Of a stretch of 64,000 nucleotides of DNA, positions 38,163 to 47,820 are shown in pieces. Position numbers and translations under genes: made by a program. The notes below the pieces were generated by a model. The model had not been told where the DNA came from. It saw only the letters and a program-made list of their open reading frames with translations, and did no database searches. This DNA is from Gemmatimonadota bacterium (GTDB lineage Bacteria > Gemmatimonadota > Gemmatimonadetes > Longimicrobiales > Gaopeijiaceae). The stretch lies in contig JBDHHQ010000007.1 in the NCBI GenBank assembly GCA_039589315.1, positions 48,201 to 112,200 of the forward strand, written 5' to 3'. Every line of letters starts with the position of its first letter. Position 1 is the first letter of the stretch.

Positions 38163-38447
38163 ATGGAGTCTCATGAGATCGCCATATTCATCGCTCTCAT
38201 GGTTCCCCTGGCCAGCCTGTGCTTCGGTCTCACGCTCAGACTGGCCATCAAGCCCTTCGTGGAGACGCTTTCCGCCATCAGCAGGGAACACCGCCGAGCG
38301 TCGCCGGATCAGGCGCAGCTCAGGGCGCTTCGAGCGCAGCTGCACGATCTCACCGACGCAGTCGAGGGGCTACGCGCTCAGGTGGAGTTCGACCGGCAGC
38401 TCGTGCCGGGGACCTCAGGTGAGGGAGGGGGCTCCGAGAACCCCTGA
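38163..38447 (+). CDS. Small membrane protein with coiled coil
   Basis: AAGGAG RBS; one N-terminal TM helix; heptad LRAQLHDLTDAVEGL; EFDRQL. Confidence 0.7.
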   Translation: MESHEIAIFIALMVPLASLCFGLTLRLAIKPFVETLSAISREHRRASPDQAQLRALRAQLHDLTDAVEGLRAQVEFDRQLVPGTSGEGGGSENP

Positions 38448-38542
38448 ACGGAGCAGGGAGCCCGGCGTAGCGACTTCACCGCCTACGTCCACGACTCACC
38501 CTCCTGGAGGAGGCGAGGCCTCCCCCGGGACGGTCTCGCCAT

Positions 38543-41026
38543 TCACTCGGCTTTGAAAGCGATCATCGGGTCGATGCGGGTGGCCCGGCGTGCCGGCAGG
38601 TAGATGGCCGCCAGCGCCACGAGGGCCAAGAGCATCGAGATCCCCCCGAAGGTGAGCGGGTCGAGCGCGCTCACTCCGTAGAGCAAGGTCGCCACGAACC
38701 TGCTCAACGCCACGGCAGCCACCAGTCCGATCGCCATCCCGATGGCCGTTATGGTCATGCCCTGACGGACCACCATGCCCAGGACCTGGCTCGTGTCGGC
38801 GCCCACCGCGATCCGGATCCCGATCTCCTGTTTGCGCTGGCTCGTGGCGAACGACATGACGCCGTAAATGCCGATGGCCGCCAGCGTGAGGGCAAGCGCC
38901 CCGAAGATGGCCAGTAGCCCGGCGGCGATCCGTCTACCCCACAGCGCCTGACTCATCTGATCGGCGAAGGTGCTGACGAAGGTCAGCGCCAGCTCCGGAT
39001 CCAACTCCTGCACGTCCCGCGTGACCATGCCCATGATACTCGACGGGTCGCTGTTGGTCGCCACCTGGATGGTGCCGAACGGGCTGAAGTGCTGGGCCAG
39101 GGGCTGGTACACGATGGCCTGGGGATCTTCGCCGGGTTGCTGGACCACCACGTCTTCGACCACGCCCACGACCTCGTAGTACTCGCCTACGGGTTCGTTG
39201 ATGAAGCGGAACCGCCGGCCAACGGCCGTGGTGGCGTCTGGCCAGTAGGTCTTCGCGAAGGCCTCGCTGACGACGCCGACGCGCTGGACGTCTTCGCGGT
39301 CGAAGTCGGTCAGCAAGCGGCCTTCCACGAGTGCGATGTCGAGTGTCTCGAAGAACTGGGGCGAGACGATGTTGGTCTGGGCCAGGATGCCCGCTCGCTC
39401 TGCATCGGCCTCACGCTCCTCCGGGATCACCGTCCGCAAGAAACCGCCCCCGATGGGGAAGTTGGCGGAGTAGGTGGCCCGCTCGACGCCGGGGGTTGCC
39501 TCGGCTCGGGCGATCGCTTCGTCGATGAACTGCCGGCTCTCCTCCGGGCCCAGTCCCCGGGAGCCCAGGTTCATGGCGAACATGAACACGTTCTCGGTCC
39601 GGAAGCCCGGATCGATCTTGAGCGCCTCGTTCATGCTGCGCAGGAACAGCCCGGCACCGATGAGGGTCACGACCGCCAGGGCCACCTCGGCCACCACCAG
39701 CACGCCCTTCAGAGAGTTACGGCCGAAGCCGGCCGACGACTGGCGGCCACCCACCTTGAGCGCCTCCTGCACGTTGGGCTGGGAGGCGCGCACGGCGGGG
39801 AGCAATCCGAACAGGATCCCCGTGACGGCGGATATCCCCAGGGTGAAGGCCAGGACCTCGGCGTCCACCGTCAACCCGATGGCATTGTCCGCGAGGAAGG
39901 TGGGGCGGGCTGCCCAGAGCAGCCCCGTGCCCCAGTAGGCGATCAGGAGTCCCACGGCGCCTCCGACCAGCGCCAACAGGACGCTCTCCGTGAGGAGCTG
40001 GCGCAGGATGGTGGAGCGTCCCGCCCCCAGGGCGACGCGGATGCCCAGCTCCTTCGACCGGGTCCCCGCACGAGCCAGTAGCAGGTTGGCCAGGTTGACG
40101 CAGGCGATGAGGAGCACCACGCCCACGATGCCCATGAGAAGCGCGCCGCCCATGACGATCGTGTCGTGCTGATTGATGCCCAGCGCGCCGTCCTTGAGGG
40201 ACGCCAGCTCCACGCTCCGGCCCTCGTTGTCCATCGGGTACTCTTCTTCCAGACGGGTGGCAATGGCCTTCATGGCCTGGTTCGCCTGCTCGACGCTGAC
40301 GCCATCATTCAGCCGCCCGAGCACGTTGACGAACACGGCCCGCCGCATCTCGAAGAACTGCGCGAAGTTGGGCGGGATGACCGCCTCCCGCATGCTGACC
40401 GTCGACCACATGAGGTCGGCCTGGCTGAACGCGAACTCTCCCTTGAAGCCCGGTGGCGTCACGCCAACGACCGTGAAGAGGCTGGAGTTCACGGTGATCG
40501 TCTGACCCACGATTCCTGGATCCCCCCCGAGCTGGTTCTGCCACATGCCGTGACTCACCACCACTACGGGATGATTCCCGAGACCCTCGTCCTCGTCGGG
40601 GAGGAAGGTGCGGCCCATCTGGGCCCGGGCCCCCAGAACGTCGAAGTAGTTGGCCGTGGTCAGGCCCATCTGCACCTGCTGGGGCGCGTTGTCCACCATC
40701 ATGGTCACGGGGATTGGCCCGAAGGTGGCCACCAGCTGCTGGAAGACGTTGTTCTGGTCCCGAAAGTCCTGGTAGTTCAGCCACGAGAGGGGAGCCCGGT
40801 CGAACCCCGCCGCCGCATCTTCGTCCGTCATCCAGACGTTGTAGATGCCGTCCACGTCCTCGACGCCCGAGATGGGGTTGAGGAGCAGGGTGTTCACGCC
40901 CGTGAAGATCGTCGTGTTGGCACCAATGCCGAGACCGAGGGACAACACGGCCACGGCCGTGAACCCGGGGTTCTTGACGAGCATCCGGAACGCGTAGGGA
41001 ATGTCGTGACGCAGCAGAGATCCCAT
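38543..41026 (-). CDS. ADOP-type duplicated MacB/FtsX ABC permease
   Basis: KNPGFTAVAVLSLGLGIGANT, LLIACVNLANLLLAR, ELGIRVALGA, EIGIRIAVGA, PARRATRIDP. Confidence 0.95.
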   Translation of the reverse strand: MGSLLRHDIPYAFRMLVKNPGFTAVAVLSLGLGIGANTTIFTGVNTLLLNPISGVEDVDGIYNVWMTDEDAAAGFDRAPLSWLNYQDFRDQNNVFQQLVATFGPIPVTMMVDNAPQQVQMGLTTANYFDVLGARAQMGRTFLPDEDEGLGNHPVVVVSHGMWQNQLGGDPGIVGQTITVNSSLFTVVGVTPPGFKGEFAFSQADLMWSTVSMREAVIPPNFAQFFEMRRAVFVNVLGRLNDGVSVEQANQAMKAIATRLEEEYPMDNEGRSVELASLKDGALGINQHDTIVMGGALLMGIVGVVLLIACVNLANLLLARAGTRSKELGIRVALGAGRSTILRQLLTESVLLALVGGAVGLLIAYWGTGLLWAARPTFLADNAIGLTVDAEVLAFTLGISAVTGILFGLLPAVRASQPNVQEALKVGGRQSSAGFGRNSLKGVLVVAEVALAVVTLIGAGLFLRSMNEALKIDPGFRTENVFMFAMNLGSRGLGPEESRQFIDEAIARAEATPGVERATYSANFPIGGGFLRTVIPEEREADAERAGILAQTNIVSPQFFETLDIALVEGRLLTDFDREDVQRVGVVSEAFAKTYWPDATTAVGRRFRFINEPVGEYYEVVGVVEDVVVQQPGEDPQAIVYQPLAQHFSPFGTIQVATNSDPSSIMGMVTRDVQELDPELALTFVSTFADQMSQALWGRRIAAGLLAIFGALALTLAAIGIYGVMSFATSQRKQEIGIRIAVGADTSQVLGMVVRQGMTITAIGMAIGLVAAVALSRFVATLLYGVSALDPLTFGGISMLLALVALAAIYLPARRATRIDPMIAFKAE

Positions 41027-41247
41027 GGAGCTGACCCTCTCGGTTCTCGCGGTGTCGTACCGCTTCGTCGCAGGGGACCCGCACGGGACGGTGCGTGAGG
41101 ACCCTTCTCGACCTCTCGACTCTGGAACGCAGGAAGCCGGCCTGACCAGGACCGGCGGCCCCCCAAGGAGCCGCCGCCATCACCTCCGCCCTACCTCACA
41201 CCGATCCTGATTGAGGCCGGCTTCCACCTTGACCGGCCCACCCATGT

Positions 41248-41263
41248 AGGAAGGTCCGTGCCA
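41248..41263 (-). promoter_or_regulatory. Possible sigma-54 (-24/-12) promoter for the ADOP gene
   Basis: Minus strand TGGCACGGACCTTCCT versus consensus TGGCACG-N4-TTGC; mismatch in the -12 GC. Confidence 0.25.
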
Positions 41264-41475
41264 GGATCGAGGAACGGGTGCATGTGCAACGAAGGCATGC
41301 ACTTGGGCGGATCGACGAAGCGCTGGAGCTTGGCGCTGACCCCTCCACGGCCGGGATACCGCGTCCCGGAACCGGACAGTCGGATTCCGGCTCGGGTGAG
41401 TGGCTCTGCGGACCGACCACCGTGGGTTCCGAGAGAGTCCGTCGTCAGTGGGAGCGCCCAGCCGGCGGCCGGACT

Positions 41476-42162
41476 TCAGTTGAACGGCCGCTCCACGTGA
41501 CAGCCCGCGCAGCTGGCCAGGATGCGGCCGTAGGCCTCGGTCCGGTCGTTCCAGTTGGAGGCCTGGGTTGCCCGGTACGCTTCCCGGTGGAGCAGCTCTG
41601 CCATCTCTTCGACGTCCTCTTCCCTGGCGGTCCCCCCCGGAAGGTCCTCGGCTTTCAGCGGGTCGTCCTGAAGCGCCGCGAGTCCCCGGGCCCACGACTC
41701 CTCCGAGGGCCCGACGAGGCCGGCCCACATGCGGTCCACCGCCCAGAGATGCCGGCCCATGTGGGCAACGGGATCCACGTCGGGTGGTGCCTCGTCGCCC
41801 ACCGTGAACCTGGGCCCCCCCGGCACCGCCTGGTGACAGGCGCCGCAGGAGCGGTACAGGCGAGCCGCTCCGGCGACGGCGTCGTCCAGGGATTCGGCAG
41901 CCGCGACGGTGCCCGCCTCTTCGCTGAAGGTCGCCCGGTACGGCTCGGACCACGACGGCAGCCCCTCCGCACCCTCGTCTTCGGCGAGCCGTCGCGCGGC
42001 CGGCCGCGCTCCCTCGAGGTCACCGCGGATCAGCGCGCTCTGGATCTCTCCGGCGCGTTCGAAGTGCTCGAACATGTGATCCTCGGTTGACGCGGTGGCG
42101 CAGGCGGCCACCAGCGCGGCGGCCACGAGAGCGGTCCTCGGGGTGGCGCGGGTTCGACGCAA
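41476..42162 (-). CDS. Diheme cytochrome c, lipoprotein, predicted helical (cytochrome c'-like)
   Basis: Lipobox LVAAC; two CxxCH motifs (CGACH, CAGCH), each ending a roughly 100-aa unit that starts with HMxxH. Confidence 0.82.
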   Translation of the reverse strand: MRRTRATPRTALVAAALVAACATASTEDHMFEHFERAGEIQSALIRGDLEGARPAARRLAEDEGAEGLPSWSEPYRATFSEEAGTVAAAESLDDAVAGAARLYRSCGACHQAVPGGPRFTVGDEAPPDVDPVAHMGRHLWAVDRMWAGLVGPSEESWARGLAALQDDPLKAEDLPGGTAREEDVEEMAELLHREAYRATQASNWNDRTEAYGRILASCAGCHVERPFN

Positions 42163-42174
42163 CGGATTCCGCTC

Positions 42175-42672
42175 CTACTCCAACAGGGCGGGTGGACGGC
42201 TCTCGGGTGCGGGACGGATGTGCTCGTTGGCGTTGATGATTCTGGCGCAGGTGTTCCAGCGAAGCAGCGCGTCGTCGTTCCCCGGAGGGCTGATGCTCTC
42301 GGCTCTTTCGAACCACTCCATGGCACGGCGGAACCAATCGTACGCGATGTGTCCTGATGCCGGACTGCTCATCCCCAGCTGGGCGATGGCAGCGCGCTCG
42401 TAGACCAGTCCGCGGAAGTACGTCTGCTCGAAGTCGCCGTGGATGCGCTCCACCACCTCCAGGGCATCGTGCATCCGCGGCCGTCCCCGGCCGAACTGTT
42501 CGGTGGTTGCGAGCAGGAGCGAGACGAGCGTTTCCTGGTCCCCGGGCTCGATGGCCAGGATGTCCTTGCAGATGCTCTCCGCCAACCGGGGCTGGCCCAG
42601 CAGGCGGTACCGGTCTGCCTTCTCGCGCGCCTGGGGAATCGAGTCCCTCGAGATCGTCTTCAGCTCGAACAT
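42175..42672 (-). CDS. TPR-like hypothetical protein in the sdh operon
   Basis: MFELKTIS...AREKADRYRLL...AESIC...YFRGLVYER...LRWNTC. GGAGG RBS; start lies 2 nt after the sdhB stop. Confidence 0.8.
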   Translation of the reverse strand: MFELKTISRDSIPQAREKADRYRLLGQPRLAESICKDILAIEPGDQETLVSLLLATTEQFGRGRPRMHDALEVVERIHGDFEQTYFRGLVYERAAIAQLGMSSPASGHIAYDWFRRAMEWFERAESISPPGNDDALLRWNTCARIINANEHIRPAPESRPPALLE

Positions 42673-42674
42673 CG

Positions 42675-43421
42675 TCACGAACCTCCCGTGAACATACGCA
42701 ATAGCCGGCGCACCGGATCGTAGGCCCGGTCCACCACCCGCTCCTTGAGCGGGATGATGGCGTTGTCGGTTATCGTGATCTCCTCCGGGCAGACCTTGGT
42801 GCAACACTTCGTGATGTTACAGAGGCCGATGCCGTGATCGGCGCGGAGCGAATCCAGACGGTCCTCGGTGTCCAGCGGATGCATCTCGAGCTGCGCCGCA
42901 TGCACGAAGAACCTGGGTCCAATGAACCGGTCGAACTCCCCGTGCTCCCGCAACACGTGACAGACGTCCTGGCAGAGGAAGCACTCGATGCACTTCCTGA
43001 ATTCCTGGGCCCGTTCCACGTCGGCCTGGGCCATGTTCCAGGACCCGTCGGGGTTGTCCGGGGCGCGGGGCTTGAATGGGCGGATGCGTTTCTTGACCTC
43101 GAGGTTCCACGACACGTCGGTGACCAGATCACGCATGAGCGGGAACGCGCGCAGAGGCTCGACGGTGATGGGCTTGGAAAGGTCCAGCTGCTGGACGCGG
43201 GTCATGCACATGAGCTTGGGCATCCCGTCTACTTCGGCCGAGCACGAGCCGCACTTGCCCGCCTTGCAGTTCCACCGCACGGCCAGGTCCGGAGCCTGCT
43301 CGGCCTGGATGGCTCTGATCGCGTCGAGGACCACCATGCCGAACCACAGCTCGGTCTCGAAGTTCTGGAACTCACCGCCGCTGGCGTCTCCGCGCCAGAT
43401 CCTGAAGGTGGCTTTCTCCAT
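42675..43421 (-). CDS. sdhB: Succinate dehydrogenase/fumarate reductase iron-sulfur subunit (Sdh1-like)
   Basis: WNCKAGKCGSC...LMC; CIECFLCQDVC; CNITKCCTKVCP; TGATG overlap with sdhA. Confidence 0.95.
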   Translation of the reverse strand: MEKATFRIWRGDASGGEFQNFETELWFGMVVLDAIRAIQAEQAPDLAVRWNCKAGKCGSCSAEVDGMPKLMCMTRVQQLDLSKPITVEPLRAFPLMRDLVTDVSWNLEVKKRIRPFKPRAPDNPDGSWNMAQADVERAQEFRKCIECFLCQDVCHVLREHGEFDRFIGPRFFVHAAQLEMHPLDTEDRLDSLRADHGIGLCNITKCCTKVCPEEITITDNAIIPLKERVVDRAYDPVRRLLRMFTGGS

Positions 43422-45238
43422 CAGCCTTGCTCCTCGATGACCTGGCGAAGCTCGGCAGGGATCTCCTGACACGGCACGGTTTGGACCTCCATCTCGCCGG
43501 ACGCTCCCTTGCGAATGACGACGTTCTTCTTACCCCACTCGGCGTCCTTCTCGGGATAGTCCACGCGGCTGTGGGCTCCCCGGCTCTCCTTGCGGACCAA
43601 CGCGGCCCGCGCGCAAGCCTCGCCCACCGTGAGAAGGTGATCCACGTCGAGGGCCGTATGCCAGGCTGGGTTGTACTCGCGACTGCCGTTTACGGTTATC
43701 CCCTCGGCCCGCCGCTGTAGCTCGCCTATGTCCCGAAGCGCTTCCCCCAGGCCATCGTCCGTCCGGACGATGCTCGCCTTCTCTTGCAGGAGATCCTGTA
43801 ACGCGAACTGAATCTGATACGGTCCCTCGCCGCTGCTCGGCGCTCGTTCCAGCGGTGCCAGGGCTCCACGAGCCGCCTCGTCGATCTGATCGACGTTCAG
43901 GTCTCCGGTGCCGTGGTCTCGGGCGAAGCGTGCGGCGTGCTCGCCCGCGAGCCTGCCGAACACGAGGAGGTCGGACAGCGAGTTGCCGCCGAGCCGGTTG
44001 GCCCCATGGAGACCAGCGGCGACCTCGCCGGCGGCGAACAGGCCGGGCACCCTGGACATCTGGGTGTCGGCGTCCACCCGCACCCCGCCCATCACGTAGT
44101 GGGTGGTGGGCCCGACCTCCATGGGCTCCTTGGTGATGTCCACGTTGGCCAGCTGCTTGAACTGGTGGTACATGCTGGGGAGCTTCTTCTTGATGTGCTC
44201 CTCGGCGTTCGGGAGCTTCTCCTTGATCCACGCGATGTCGAGGAACGCGCCTCCGTGGGGGCTTCCCCGGCCCTCCTTGACCTCCCGCACGATGCAGCGA
44301 GCCACGTGGTCCCGGGTGAGCAGCTCGGGGGGGCGGCGGGCGTCCCGATCCCCGATCACGTACCGCCACCCTTCCTCGGGAGTGTCGGCGGTCTGGTCCT
44401 GGTAGAGCGGCGGGATGTCGTCGAACATGAACCGCCGGCCCTCGCTGTTCGTGAGGATGCCCCCTTCGCCCCGGACGCCCTCTGTGACCAGGATGCCCTG
44501 GGCGCTGGGAGGCCACACCATGCCGGTCGGGTGGAACTGGACGAACTCCATGTCCATGAGGTCCGCCCCAGCGTGGTAGGCCAGGGAGTGGCCGTCTCCG
44601 GTGCACTCCCACGAATTGCTGGTGACCTTGAACGCCCGGCCGATTCCGCCGGTAGCCAGGATCACGGCACCGGCCGCGAAGACCCTGAACGTCCCCTTGT
44701 CCCGGTCGTAGCCAAAGCAGCCGGCGCACCGGGTGCCGTCCAGGAGGAGGCGCGTCACCGTGCACTCGCTGAAGACTTCGATGCCTTGGTGGATGCCGTG
44801 GTCCTGGAGGGTGCGCAGCATCTCGAGACCGGTGCGGTCGCCCACGTGGGCCAGGCGGGGGTAGGCGTGGCCGCCGAAATTGCGTTGCAGGATGCGGCCT
44901 TCGCCGGTCCGGTCCATGAGCGCGCCCCACGCCTCGAGCTCCCGAACCCGGTCGGGAGCCTGTTGGGCGTGAAGCTCTGCCATGCGCCAATTGTTCAGGT
45001 ATTGGCCGCCCCGCATCGTGTCCGCGAAGTGCACCCTCCAGTTGTCCCGCTCGTCAACGTTGGCCAAAGCCGCGGCGATCCCTCCCTCGGCCATTACCGT
45101 GTGTGCCTTGCCCAGGAGCGTCTTGGTGATCACCGCCACGGACACACCGTCCGCCGCGGCTTCGATGGCCGCCCGGAGTCCCGCGCCTCCGGCGCCGATG
45201 ATCACCACGTCGTAGGTGTGGCGCTCGTGACCAACCAT
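43421..45238 (-). CDS. sdhA: Succinate dehydrogenase/fumarate reductase flavoprotein subunit (Sdh1-like)
   Basis: GAGGAG, AHTVMAEGG (covalent FAD His), QFHPT, TEGVRGEG, RDHVAR, HYVMGG, GANRLGGNSL, ESRGAH. Confidence 0.96.
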   Translation of the reverse strand: MVGHERHTYDVVIIGAGGAGLRAAIEAAADGVSVAVITKTLLGKAHTVMAEGGIAAALANVDERDNWRVHFADTMRGGQYLNNWRMAELHAQQAPDRVRELEAWGALMDRTGEGRILQRNFGGHAYPRLAHVGDRTGLEMLRTLQDHGIHQGIEVFSECTVTRLLLDGTRCAGCFGYDRDKGTFRVFAAGAVILATGGIGRAFKVTSNSWECTGDGHSLAYHAGADLMDMEFVQFHPTGMVWPPSAQGILVTEGVRGEGGILTNSEGRRFMFDDIPPLYQDQTADTPEEGWRYVIGDRDARRPPELLTRDHVARCIVREVKEGRGSPHGGAFLDIAWIKEKLPNAEEHIKKKLPSMYHQFKQLANVDITKEPMEVGPTTHYVMGGVRVDADTQMSRVPGLFAAGEVAAGLHGANRLGGNSLSDLLVFGRLAGEHAARFARDHGTGDLNVDQIDEAARGALAPLERAPSSGEGPYQIQFALQDLLQEKASIVRTDDGLGEALRDIGELQRRAEGITVNGSREYNPAWHTALDVDHLLTVGEACARAALVRKESRGAHSRVDYPEKDAEWGKKNVVIRKGASGEMEVQTVPCQEIPAELRQVIEEQG

Positions 45239-46053
45239 CAGAAGAGCCTCCAATCCGTGAAGACTCCCATGGAGAGCATCCGCACGTAGAAGTCGCTGAA
45301 GCCCACCCAGAACAGGCTCAGCCAGGCGAACAACATGTGCCGCCGGTTCAAGCACGTGACGCAGCTGTGGGCCTTGCGTCGGGCCGGGTGTCTGGAGAGG
45401 AGGTTGAGGTGGCCTCCGACCAGGTGGCGAAGGGAGTGGCAGCCCAGCGTGTACCCGCCCAACAGGATCACGTTGACCGTGAGGACCAGGGTGCCGAGGC
45501 CGATCCCGAAAGTGGCCTGACCCGTGGCCGGGTCCTCGAACCACATGGCCTTCCATGCGTCGTAGGCGAGGATCACGATGAAGACCAGCGCGATGTAGAG
45601 AAAGTACCGATGCACGTTCTGGAGAATCAGCGGGAACGAATGCTCGCCCCGGTAGGCCTTCCGCGGCTCACCCACGGCGCACGACGGAGGGTCGGCCCAG
45701 AACGCTTTGTAATACGCGCCCCGATAGTAGTAGCAAGTGAGACGAAAGCCGCCAGGTGCCCACAGGATCAGGAATGCGGGCGACCACGGCAGCCAACTGA
45801 GCCACCACGCCGGCTTGGGCCCCAGCCAGGCGTGATGCGTGTCGCCGAAGAGCTCCGGTGAGTAGAACGGCGACAGGTAGTTGCCGTGGGCGTAGTGCTG
45901 GCCCTGGAAAGCTGCCCAGGTGGAGTAGACGATGAACGCGGAAAGGCCGAGAAAGACGGCGACCGGCTGAAGCCACCAGGCATCTGGGCGCATCGTCTGC
46001 CCGAAGCCGCGTCTTTCCGTGAGCACGGGAAGGGACGTCGCAGCTCTCGCCAT
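45238..46053 (-). CDS. Succinate dehydrogenase membrane anchor, mycobacterial Sdh1 (Rv0249c-like) type
   Basis: YLSPFYSP, FRLTCYYYRGAYY, PPSCAVGE, FPLILQNVHRYF, GCHSLRH, RHM; TM helices; GGAGG RBS. Confidence 0.88.
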   Translation of the reverse strand: MARAATSLPVLTERRGFGQTMRPDAWWLQPVAVFLGLSAFIVYSTWAAFQGQHYAHGNYLSPFYSPELFGDTHHAWLGPKPAWWLSWLPWSPAFLILWAPGGFRLTCYYYRGAYYKAFWADPPSCAVGEPRKAYRGEHSFPLILQNVHRYFLYIALVFIVILAYDAWKAMWFEDPATGQATFGIGLGTLVLTVNVILLGGYTLGCHSLRHLVGGHLNLLSRHPARRKAHSCVTCLNRRHMLFAWLSLFWVGFSDFYVRMLSMGVFTDWRLF

Positions 46054-46410
46054 GTACCACCCTCCTGCCAGGCTCTGGGGCTGGGGCCGTCCAGGGGCCC
46101 GGCCGGAGGCGGCCTGGCAGCGCACCCGGCGGCTGTGCTGGCGGCCCCCCTCGAGGCTGCCGTGCGAACTCTCGCGTACGGAGAATACGGGAGGCCAGGG
46201 ATCGGGGCCAATGCCGAGCCGCCTGTACCGCATCGTGAGGCGGGCCTACCTTGTGCGCCCGCACCGGTTGGCCCCTGGGCCAGAGGAGCGGCCCGGGGTT
46301 GGGTCAGGTGACCGGTACGGGCTTGCGGGGCCCGACCGGAGCCGCGGGATCGAGCTTCCCGTCGAGGAAACGGACGTCGTGACGCAGCGATGCAGGAGGC
46401 AACTGGGGTG

Positions 46411-47820
46411 ATGAACCTTCGAATTCGGGGACTCGGGACGGCGCTGGGCCTTGCGGTGGCTTGGCTCGCAGCCCCGACCGCCGTCGCTACACAGGGAATC
46501 GACGTGGAGGCCCTGGAGGCCGAGGCTGTCCAGCGGCTCCAGGAGTACCTGCGGGTCAACACCATCAATCCGCCGGGTAACGAGAGCCGCGCGGTGGACT
46601 TCTTCGCGACCTTGCTCGCGGCCGAGGGCGTTGAGTTCGAGACTGCCGAATCCGCGCCGGGGCGGGGCAACATCTGGGCTCGCCTGGAGGGCGAGGGCGA
46701 CGAGCCCGCCTTGATGCTCCTCCACCACAGTGACGTGGTTCCAGCGGATGAGCGTTTCTGGGACACCGACCCCCTGTCCGGTGAGCTTCGCGACGGACAC
46801 GTATACGGACGCGGCGCCCTGGACACGAAGACGGGCGGCATTCTCCACCTCCAGGCCTTTCTCGCGCTGCACAGGGCTGCCGTGCCCCTGAATCGGGACG
46901 TGATCTTCATGGCCACGGCTGACGAGGAGGCCGGGGGCTTCTTCGGGGCTGGGTGGCTCGTGGAGAACCGGCCTGAGGTGTTCGAGGGTGTGGGGTTGCT
47001 GCTGAACGAGGGCGGCGGCGGTAGCCTCGCGGACGGGCAGGTCCGGTTCAGCGTGGAGGTGACGCAGAAGGTGCCGCTATGGCTGAAGCTCGTGGCCCGC
47101 GGCAACCCCGGCCACGGGTCGAGCCCCCAGGTGGAGACCGCAGTGACCCGGCTGGTCGGGGCACTGGCGCGCATCCGGACCCAGCCGTTCGAGCCGCGGA
47201 TCGTCCCGGCGGTCGACACGTACTTCAAGGGGCTCGCCGAAACGGCGGACGAGCCCTGGCGAACCCGTTACGCCAACATGACGCGCACCGTGCTGGATCC
47301 GCATCAGCTGCTCGAGCTCCAGGAGATGGATCCCCGTCTGCACACGCTGACGCGAAACACGTGCTCCATCACCATGCTGGAGGGGAGTGGCAAGATCAAC
47401 GTCGTGCCCCCCGAAGCGACCGCGCAGCTCGACTGCCGCCTGCTCCCCGATCAGGATCCCGACGCCTTTCTCGCGGAGCTCCGCACGATCATCGACGATC
47501 CCGACATCGAGATCGAGAAGATCATGGGCTTCTCGCCGGCTGTCTCCACCACCGATACGGACCTGTATCGGACGATCGAAGCGGTGGCCGCCCGTCACTT
47601 CCCGGGCGCTCCCGTGCTGCCGATGGTCCAGGGCGGCTTCACCGACAGCCACTTCTTCAGGGACCTGGGCATCGTGAGCTACGGGTTCTTTCCCACGGTC
47701 ACGCCCCGGGAAGACGCCGGCGGCGTCCACGGGAACAACGAGCGCGTCTCCGTCGAAAGCGTCGAGCGGGGCACCCGCATGATGCTCGAGATCGTGCGGG
47801 GCGTAGCGGAGGCCCGCTGA
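46411..47820 (+). CDS. M20/M25/M40 family metallopeptidase, secreted
   Basis: NPPGNE, HHSDVVP, GRGALDTK, ADEEAG, NEGG, GHGS, KINV, GFTD, HGNNER. Confidence 0.93.
   Translation: MNLRIRGLGTALGLAVAWLAAPTAVATQGIDVEALEAEAVQRLQEYLRVNTINPPGNESRAVDFFATLLAAEGVEFETAESAPGRGNIWARLEGEGDEPALMLLHHSDVVPADERFWDTDPLSGELRDGHVYGRGALDTKTGGILHLQAFLALHRAAVPLNRDVIFMATADEEAGGFFGAGWLVENRPEVFEGVGLLLNEGGGGSLADGQVRFSVEVTQKVPLWLKLVARGNPGHGSSPQVETAVTRLVGALARIRTQPFEPRIVPAVDTYFKGLAETADEPWRTRYANMTRTVLDPHQLLELQEMDPRLHTLTRNTCSITMLEGSGKINVVPPEATAQLDCRLLPDQDPDAFLAELRTIIDDPDIEIEKIMGFSPAVSTTDTDLYRTIEAVAARHFPGAPVLPMVQGGFTDSHFFRDLGIVSYGFFPTVTPREDAGGVHGNNERVSVESVERGTRMMLEIVRGVAEAR

Noticed and set aside
41278..41302. GTGCATG-N11-CATGCAC inverted repeat
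   Set aside because: Single 7-bp arms with no second copy and no U-tract; not distinguishable from chance.
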